Positions 27,335-38,100 of a stretch of DNA of 64,000 nt are shown here, one piece after another; position 1 is the first letter of the stretch; every line of letters starts with the position of its first letter. Under the pieces are notes generated by a model. That model made no database searches, was not told the DNA's origin, and worked only from the letters and a program-made list of their open reading frames with translations. This stretch comes from Octopus bimaculoides (Eukaryota), in assembly GCF_001194135.2 (NCBI RefSeq), contig NC_068983.1, forward strand, positions 161,357,803-161,421,802. The letters are read 5' to 3'. Made by a program: the position numbers and the translations under genes.

Positions 27335-29332
27335 GTTCAGTAGTTTTATTTTTATAACGTGCTTTCACTTCACTACCGAGCGCAGCTCTGTGTGCTTTGG
27401 GTATGTGCTGTGGTTTGCTGTGGTGCTCTTATAGTTACTGTATTGAAAGTGTTTTGCGTAGGATGTGTGCAGTACCCAGTAGTGCAATTTTCTGTATGTT
27501 ATATATATTTGTAAGTCCTGGTGTTTTTGTTATGTATTTGTCTGAATATTTTCTTATTATACCTAAGGCACCTACTATGATAGGAATTGTTTCTGTTTTT
27601 AGATTCCACATTCGAGTTACCTCTATTTCCAGGTCTTTGGATTTTGAAAGTTATTCCATTTCTTTTAAGGAAACGTTGTCATCTGCTGGTATTGATACAT
27701 CAATTAGAAAGCATTTTTTTTCTTCATGATCTTTGACAACTATATCTGGTCTATTTGCCTTAGTTTCTCTATCTGTGTGTATTGGCATATCCCAGAGTAT
27801 GGTTGCTTTCGCGTTTTCTGTGACCTTTTATTATTATTATTATTATTATTATTGTTATTATTATAATCCTCCTCCTTCTCCTCCTTCAGTGCTTTAAATC
27901 TGGATTTTGTCCCTGTTAACAGGGGTGGCCGCCATCTTGCCCAGTTTTGGGCATCCTCTTGTTTCAATCTCTTCCTCCACTTGTCCCCTCCACCTTTTCC
28001 TCGGTCTACCTTGATTTTGCACTCCATTAACCTCAAACACAATCTCCCTCCTCAGAACATGCCCATACCACTTCACTCCATTCGCCCTTGCCAACCATTC
28101 CACTGATTCCTCCAACCCCAGCATCCCCATCAAATCCTCAGTCCTCCTCTTATCAAACAGCCTCACCCCACACATTTCTCTCACCATTGCTCTCTCAAAA
28201 ATTGCCATCTCTGTCTCCTTCAAACGCCATGTCTCACCCCCATACAGCATTGCAACTCTCCCACAACTCTTATAGACCCTTCCTTTCATCTTTAATGAGA
28301 ACCTTTTCACATATAACAATGCTCCACATTCCCTGAACTCCACTCAGCCAAGTCTCACTCTTGCAGTCACAGCTGCTTCACACCCACCCTACCTCTCAAA
28401 TAACAAAATCCCCCCACCGTTTCCACCTCATCACATAGCATTTCCATTGGTTCATCATTTAACATCCGTTTTCCATACTGACACGAGGAGTATTGTTTGA
28501 CAGGAGCTATCTAACTGCAGAGCTGCCCAGACTCCATTGTCTGTTTTGGGATGGTTTCTACAGCTGGATGCCCTTCATTCACAAATTAAACAATCACATC
28601 AACGAAATCTCAAAGCTACGAAATAATACATGATTAATTCAAAGCAACTTGAATAAATAAGTATTGTGTTTGACAGAGGAATCTGAATGCTAAATATATG
28701 TAAAAATATATGTTATTTTAAGCAAATATTTATGTATAAATTTCATAAGAGTTTATAAGGGGGTCCCTAAGGTAAAGCCTGAAATATAAAGGGGTCCGCA
28801 AGTTAAAAAGTTTGAAAACCCCTGCTCTAGGCAATGTATGCTCAAAAATAAGTTAAGTACTCACATTACTCGCAATATATAAAATGCATTCATCCAGCCG
28901 TGCCAACATGTGTACAAAGGAGTCATTGGTGACAGTAAAAAGTGGGGAACCAAGTTTCTGAAAAGAAATCAACAAGAAATAAGCTTCACATTATGGAATT
29001 CCATATCATGGCAAGATTTTCAGGAATGCGATGCTTCTGTAATACGAGGGTTTGTATGTATGTGTGTGTGTATAATTTTTAAGGGTAACTTTATCACAGT
29101 GTAAAAAGTGCTTACAAGGGAGATAAATCTTATACGAATAATAAAATTTGTCTTGTCCCTCCATCCATCCATAAATACATATTTATACATAGATCACAGA
29201 TGAAATTTCTTCATTGAAAATTAAAAAAAAAACTTTTCTGCTTCCAAGTCACATTCAATTATAAGTGACTGTTGATTGACNNNNNNNNNNGTGACTGTTG
29301 ATTGACTGACTGATTGATTATGGCAGACAGGT

Positions 29333-29367
<35 letters not shown>

Positions 29368-32126
29368 ATCGTCATCATCGTCGTCGTCGTCGTCATCGTT
29401 ATCATCATCATCAGTAGAAGTAGTCTCTTGCATCCAATTCTGCAACTTCTTGCTAAACAACTTACACAGATGATTTGTTTATAGAGATCAAATGCTAGTA
29501 CAGCATATTAGCTCACTCTCTCCATCAACTCAATATTGCCTGTAGAGGGACATAGTGTGCCACATGTCAGATGTTGAGGTGACTGCAGAGCAACATGAGA
29601 TGAAGGGTTTTGCTCAAGAACACAGCACATTACCTGGTTTGAGACCATAAATTATATATAGATATAATATACATATATGAAGCCAGGAAAAGGTCCCGGC
29701 CCATCAGGAATCACTGCTGAGATGCTTAAAACATCTGGTGGTGTGGGCTATGGCCTAGTCACCCGCATTGTAAACCAGGTAGTTCATGATGGAGTCATAC
29801 CCAATGACTGGCGTAGCAGCACCATAGTCAACTGTTACAAGGGTAAAGGTGATGCTACAGGGGTATCAAACAGCTGGATCAGCTGAAAGTCACAGAGAGG
29901 GTCATAGCCCATCTCATTAGGGAGAGAGTTTGCTTAGATGAGATGCAGTTCGGTTTTGTGCCAGGTAGAAGCACCACTGATGCTATATTCCTGGTTCAAC
30001 AACTGCAGGAGAAATACCTATCTAAAGATAAACTCCTATACTTAGTTTTTGTGGACTTGGAGAAAGCCTTTGACTGGGTCCCCCGATCCCTTATCTGGTG
30101 GGCGATGTGGAAACTGGGGATTGACAAATGGTTAATAAGGGCTGTACAGGCCCTATACAGAGAGGCCGTTAGTAAGGTTAAGATTGGCAATGAGTATAGT
30201 GAAGAATTCCGGGTAGAAGTAGGGGTCCACCATGGATCAGCCCTCAGTCCCCTTTTATTCATCATAGTGCTCCAGGCAATAACAGAGGAATTCAAGACGG
30301 GTTGCCCCAGGGAGCTCCTCTATGTTGATAACTTGGCCCTCATAGCAGAATCAATACCAGAATTAGAGAAGAAATTTCAGGTGTGGAAGCAAGGTTTAGA
30401 ATTGAAAGGCCTTAGAGTCAATGTTGCAAAGACCAAAGTTCTAGTAAGTAGGAAGGCAAACACATCACATACCCGTTCAGATAGGTGGCTCTGCTCGATC
30501 TGTAGAAAAGGTGTAGGTAGAAACTCCATAAAATGTACCCAGTGTAAGATATGGACACATAAGAGGTGCAGCAACATCAAAGGAAGATTAACCGGTAAGA
30601 TAGCTTTCATATGCAGCAGATGCACGGGGGCAATAAACACCACAGATGCTCAGGAAACAGATTCCATCACATTTCAGGGGAAGAAACAAGTAGTTGATAG
30701 CTTCCACTACCTAGGTGGCCAAATTAGTAGTGGAGGTGGATGCTCAGAGAGCGTTGCCACTAGAATAAAAATAGCCTGAGCAAAGTTTAGAATGCTTCTA
30801 CCTCTACTGGTGACAAAGAGCCTCTCGCTCAGAGTGAAAGGGAGATTGTATGATGCATGTGTATGAACTGCCATGCTTCACGGTAGTGAAACATGGACCA
30901 AGACTGCTGAGGACATGCATAGACTTAAAAGAAATGAAACCAGCATGATCCGCTGGATGTGTAATATTAGTGTGCACACAAAGCAGAGTATAAGCGCCAT
31001 GAGAGAAATGTTGGACATAAGAAGCATCAGACGTGGCATGCAAGAGAGATGTTTGTGTTGGTATGGTCATGTACTGCAGATGGACGAGGAGAGCTGTGTG
31101 AAGAAGTGCCACTCCCAAACAGTGGAAGGAATCTGGAGTAGAGGTAGACCCAGGAAGACATGGGATGAGGTGGTGAAGCATGACCTTCGAACGCTGGGCC
31201 TCACAGAGGTAATGATGAAAGACCGAGACCTCTGGAGATATGCTGTGACTGCGAAGACCCGGCAAATAAAGTGAGTTCACGGGTGTATCCTACACCAGTT
31301 TCGCATAACCAGTCCCAGCCCATTCAAAAGTACTTTGGATCGTAGGGTGACCTGCTGTTCTTGAGGAGACCTATTGAGTCAAATACATCAACATCAAAAT
31401 GAAAATCAAATAGAAATTGTAGTTGTGAAACCTGTGCAGGTGGCATGTAAAAAGCACCATCTGAACATGCTCGATGACAGCGCCACCTTGACTGGTTTCT
31501 GTGCTGGTGGCACATAAAAAGCACCAAACGATCATGGCCATTGCTAGCCTCCTCTAGCCCCTGTGTTGGTGGTACGTAAAACGCACCAACTACACTCATG
31601 GAGTGGTTGGTGTTAGGAAGGGCATCCAGTTGTAGAAACACTGCCAGATCAGACTGGAGTCAGGTGCAGCCTCCTGGCTTCCCAGACCCCAGTCGAACCG
31701 TCCAACCCATGCCAGCATGGAAAACGGACGTTAAACGATGATGATGATGATATAACATCTACTATAATTGAAAGAATTAAATTATTATTCTTACACTTGA
31801 TATTCTTTCTAATTCATTGAAATACGATAGTTTATTACTGATATTTTCTGCAGTGTTCATCAGACTAGACTGAAATGAAACAAAAAGTAAAATAAATTGT
31901 AATGATATTAGTTTTGTAGAGAAATAACATTATTTTAACATGAAACAACAACAGCAGAAGCAACTTCCTCCATCAACATCTAACATTCATCTTCCATACT
32001 GGCATAGGTTACACAGATTGACAGAATTTGATGAGCCAGTGGACTGTGTCAAACTCCAGTTTCTGTGCCCATATGCCCTTCCTAACACCAACCACTGTAT
32101 TAGTATTAGCATGAATAAACCTCGCT

Positions 32127-32163
<37 letters not shown>

Positions 32164-35100
32164 TTACAAGCTGTGCTGTTAAGAAGCTTGCTTCCCAACT
32201 ACATAGTTTTGGATTCAATTCCACTGCATGACACAGTGGGCAAGTGGCTTAGACTACAGCTCCCAAGCTGACTAAAGACTTGTGTGGATTTAGTAAACAG
32301 AAACTGAGAGAGGCCCATCAGATATGCATAGATATGTCTGTATGCATGGGCATGTGTTTGTTAGCATGTGTCCTTGTTTTCACAGCATGCAATAGCTGTG
32401 AATGAGCTTCACCCTCATACAAGCAGTACATTGCTTGGAATCAGGTAGAGTTGGCAATATAAAGTACATCTTGCCACAGAAGAACTATCTTATAAGAATT
32501 CCATATGACCCATGCAAGTATGGAAAAATAATGCTGGTGATCATAACAACGACACACATACACATATATATCTATCTATATAGATACAGGGTGGCCCAAA
32601 ATTAGATTTACAGTTATTCAACTATCTCTTTCACATTCATACATTAACAGTTTAGAGCTTAATTATAAAAATATATGAAACTATTGTTCTATGCTAATTT
32701 AGTTAATTGTAAGATAGAAATTTAAATGTAATAAAATGTTTTAAAAGAAATTTAGACTACCTACTTGAAAAACCAAACTTTTTACTGTTATAGCTTTATG
32801 CATTAAATCTACTAAAATTAAATCTACTAAAAAAGTTATTAGGATCACTAATACATTAACAAAAACATTTTCACCTCAAAAATTTGAATAAACACATCCA
32901 TCTCAACTCCACTTCATATGATACAAAATATTTTATTTCAGGTATATTTTTGACCTGCATTTTGTTTTTCTAGCAGAGGCACAGTTTGGACACTTAACAA
33001 CAATGAGAGCAGTTAAGTATAGCAACTTGACCTCACAGCTGTTGTTCAACTAAAATTCAAGCAAACAAGAGTATTTCTTTACCTGTTCTGCAAGTAAATG
33101 TTCACAGGCATCATGAAGTGCATTAGTTTTGAAAGATACTAAGTTATATTGGTGTTGTAAATTATTAAGGTAGTCAAGGGAGTCAGTGACTTCTTGTAAC
33201 ACATCACAGCACTGCTTTCTATAATTCTCAAGTTCTCTTATATAATTCCTGAAACAAAATGTTGAAAGCAACAGTAAATCTAAAGAGAAATAAGTAATAA
33301 CTGTTCAAGGGATAAACGTTACTACAATTATTCTATACAACTAATAAAAATATTATATCTATCAAATGTTAAGTCATTGTTATTACTTTCAAGACAATTC
33401 AAGAATAATAGCAAAACATCTACAAACGGTCTGAGACAGTGTGCTGAAACAAAAACAATTGTGGCATGGAAGGTGTTTATAAACCATTTAAAAACACACA
33501 AAAACCATTAGATTCACTTCAACATTTAAATTTAATTTGTCAAAATATTTTCGTCGCTTTGAAACCGCGACCTGTTCACTGACAACATTCTGTGCTGCAT
33601 AGATTCTTGTCAGTGAACAGGTCACAGTTTCAAAGCGACGAAAATATTTTGACAAATTAAATTTAAATGTTGAAGTGAATCTAGTGTGTTTTTAAATGGT
33701 TTATAAACACCTTCCATGCTGCAATTATTTACAAATGGAGTCTCTCAATACTGCAAATAAAATTAAATTTATTGTAAAGTTTGTGCTGACTGGGACTTCA
33801 AATTTTGCCAAACAGCTTATTCAACTTCTGATTGTATGAACCATTGAATGGAATATTACTTTTATTAATAATTCTAGTCTGTTATTGATTGTTATGTCCT
33901 TCCCCTTCCCACACTTTGTTACTCCAACAACTTGTTCTATGTTTGATATCATCATTTCCCTTTTGAGGAGTGAGTGTAAAGAATAGCAGTTATCTAAGCA
34001 TGCAAGTCTCCTCTCTTCATATCATCAATGAGGACTGGTGAAACCGGATGGCAACACCAGGCTCCAATCTAATTTGGCAGAGTTTCTAGTGCATCCAGCT
34101 GTAGAAACTCTGCCAAATTAGATTGGAGCCTGGTGTTGCCATCCGGTTTCACCAGTCCTCAGTCAAATCGTCCAACCCATGCTAGCATGGAAGGCGGACA
34201 TTAAACGATGATGATGATGATGATGATATTTTAGCCCTTTAGCATTCACATTATTCTGTCATGCATAATGCTTATTTATTCAAATTGGTTTGAATTAATC
34301 ATGCATTATCTTACTACTTCTAGATTTCAAAGATGTGATAGTATATTTTTTAAATGACATTTTATGGTAGATGAGAGAGGCCAAATTTGGTCAGTTTCAA
34401 CATTAAATATGTGGAAATATTTGGGCCTGATTTAGCCAAATTAAATGCTAAAGAATTAAAGATCTATAACTTTGAAGACCCATTTAAAGTACATTATATT
34501 CACTAATTGAAAAGTTATTTCTGGAAACCCCTACTGATGTGTTTCTTGCAGATGTTGATTTGCAACAATTCAAGAGGAATATTAACAATGTTAGGGTTAG
34601 GGTTAGGGTTAATCTCATTGGCCTTGAAGAGTACTGCCTTACCCTTCAATAAATGTAAATAAAAGTAGATATTAATATCAATGTGAAAAAAAGAACATAA
34701 ACATACCTATATGGCACTTCTTCTTCTTTAGAAATATTTTCTTCAATACTTGCAAACCAGGAGAAAAACTAAAATTAAGATTAAAAATACCAAAAGTTAT
34801 AAAATATTAAACTCTAAATAAAACATTCATTACATTTGTTGATTAAATTTTCTCAAATAAACTTGTAAAAATGTAAATTCTATCTGGTCAAGAAATAAAA
34901 TCAATAATTCATTTCATAAAGTTTCTTTAAATGATCTGCGATCACATTGATATGTTGCTGTTGTTGTTGTTTAATTCCAACTCAGCCCCGATACAGTAAA
35001 CTTCATGATCAAAAACATTGAAAATAGATTTGATATCAAGAAAATGTTCCCTGAAAATGTGCATAAAATCAACACGTAACATTTCTCTTGTTCACTTTGT

Positions 35101-38100
35101 TTATAAATCATCTGGATGTTTAGTTTTCGTTCAATATTCCCAATAGTAATTTTTCTACTAATATACTCTCCATTCATTTACAATGTTAATTTCAATCAAT
35201 CTGTACAGTGGAATCTTTCAGTTATTTAGCTCTCTTCTAATACAGATATTCCCAAACTTTCAAAAAAAAAAAAGAAAAATTATTTGGTTTAATTTTTAAT
35301 CATTTCACAGAAGTCAAAACAACTTATAGACATACTTGTTGGGCATTTTCAATTTTCTCTTCTAGTTCTGAAACTTTAGGTGAAATTATAGAACCTGGTA
35401 ACTGTGTTGCCTGGTCATCTCTGGCAGAGAGGTGAGCGGTTGGGACATCATCTAGAGGCAGCTGTAACAAAATTTCATAGATATTTACTTATTTGAATGC
35501 TTAAGGCTCCAGCTTAGCTGGAGCACTGCTAGAAAAAAAATATGAATATAAATTTTAATAAGAGATTATGAGTAAACAACAAGCAAATAATTCCTAAGAT
35601 CTTGTTATATCTTGGGAGGGTCTTTACACCAATAATAATAAACATGCACTGGTTCAATTTCACTTCTTTATTGTTAGTCAGTTGGTTAGCTATTTAACCA
35701 CCCAATTAATTGATCACTTGTTTAATCAGTTGGTTGAACACTCAATCAGTCCTTTCATCACTATTCACAATGTCACCAAAATTATGCCCTCTTTCTTCTA
35801 GGTCTGTTTCAAATCTGCCCGTGAATGAACCCTATGCTTATGTACCAGCAGATAAGTGGTCACTTATATGAGAAGGGAAGTAAGAGAGAAAAAGAAGAGT
35901 ATGTGTGTGTGTGTGTGTGCTTACATGTATGCCTAATTCTCAAAATGTTTATCTTTAATAGGAATATTTGATAGAGCTACTACTATATTTGATAGAGCTA
36001 CTACTCCTACAAGATGGTGAATTGGCTGAATCATTTGAATGTTGGATAGAATGCTGTACAATATTTGTCCCAACTCCCCAAAGTCAACTTTGCCTTTTAT
36101 CTTATCAAGATTCATAATAACATACTAATTCAGTAACTGTTAGGGGATCAGGTAAGATACCTAGTGGCATCTGTTCTTGCTCTTTGCTTTCTATAAGAAT
36201 ATCTGTCGTGATAATGGCACCAAGCTATATTGGCTAAAGTTGGCACCCTTTCCCTTGCATAAACATTGATGATATGAAGAGAGGATGCTTGCATGCATAG
36301 ATAACTGCTAGTCTTTACAACCACCCTTCAAAAAACACTTATCAAGACCTGCACATAAATGTGCAGACATATGGTCATCATTGACTAAGGAGGCTCAATT
36401 ACTCCTGTGATAAGAAGTAAATTCATTGATAATGAATGAAGCTGCAAGTATAAAGGTAGATTAATAGTGACAAATGTACTTAATAAGAGTATACAGTGTA
36501 TAAAATAAATTACTTCAAGTAATTTAATAAAAATATATATTAAATATTTATTTGATGCTTAATTGATTTTTAAAATGATAAAAAGTTAACTGCTTCAGCT
36601 TCTTGCTAATTCACACAACCATCCTTGAAGCATGGTAATATAGTGTCAAAAAGAGGAGCCAGTATATTGTACTGCAAACCCACCAATATGTACCAGGTTG
36701 GAAAAACAAGTGTGTGTGTGTGTGGTTCAAATCTTAAAATGTGTGACTAGACCTTTTATCTTAAATGTGTTATTAAAATTCATAGCAGTAATATATAATG
36801 TAATCAGGGCGTTTGTTTATGAATTTCATGTCAAAAAAGAAAAAAAAAGTCAATTACTTGACTTTCTATTCTGATATCCAGTTATTAGATAAAAAGGATA
36901 AAATTAAGATTTCATGCAGTTTGGTGAGTATTATCAGTGTAAATAAACTCAATAACATCTATGAATTAAAATAGAGTAGATTTCAGGTACAAGGGTTTTG
37001 CTTCCCATTCTGCACCACCAGTAATGTATAGTGGAACTATCAAAAATAAATAGAATATCTCTTTGGTTCCAGTTCCACTGCATCGAATTTCTTCTTAAAC
37101 ATAGCACCAATCTATGTAATGCAACATTCCCAGAAAATTTGGTTTCTATTCCAGGTAGCTGCATGAACAGAGGTATATAGATTTGTGTGCATTTGTCTGA
37201 AATACACAATAGATGCAAGACCAGCAGCGGATTAAAATCCAAGACCCTTGACCTAGTTAAGTCGAAATTTCGCCACTGCTGAGGTAATTCGGTCAGATAT
37301 ACCTGTTACAAAAAATAACAGGTTAACAACCTGCATTATATCTAACATCAATATAGAGAAGATAACAATTGTGGTAGTTCATTAGTCTATACTATACTTT
37401 TCTTTTAAGTATGGATTTTTTTTTTTTTTAAATAGAAGCATCACTGTAATCAAATTAGGGAAGTTCTGTCTGGTTAACGACATCGAAAGTTCAAACTGAA
37501 CATCGACCTCATTAGTCCCAGAAGACCTATAATAGTTATAGGCATCGTCCCTCTTTCTGGAGTTAATTCGTTTTAAACCAATCGTTATAATATAACCACA
37601 AATCTTAAAAGATTTGTATTTCTTAGATGACAATTACACAGTATCTCAGAAACTTTAAAAAACAACAACATGCACGCTGTGCTCTAGTGTAAAACGAGCT
37701 TACGAGGGAGGTTTTATGTGATCGTTCGACTGGCTATATAAATAACTACCGAAACTCCTCAAGGTCTGTCTTAATAAAGGTAGGATGGTCGTGAGTGGAA
37801 CGCCTTTGCTCATAGGTCGACTTACTCAAAATTGGCCTGAGACGAACAACATGTGTAAATATTGGTTTCGAATTTTGGCACAAGGCTAGCAATTTCGTGG
37901 ATGGAAGTAAGTCACTTACATCGACCCCAATACTCAGCTAGAACTTATTTTATCGACGCCAAAAGAATAAAAGGCATGTCAACCTCGGTGGAACTTGAAC
38001 TCAGAATGTTAAGATAGACGACATGCTGCTAACGATTCTGCCAGCTCGCCGCCTTAAAACCTATTTACGTATTTGCAGGTATACTTCCTGTAATAACAAT

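Noticed and set aside
29943-30779. 278-aa ORF as a host gene or active retrotransposon
   Set aside because: It is an RT fragment of a 5'-truncated LINE with a degenerate catalytic motif (YVDN) and downstream stops.
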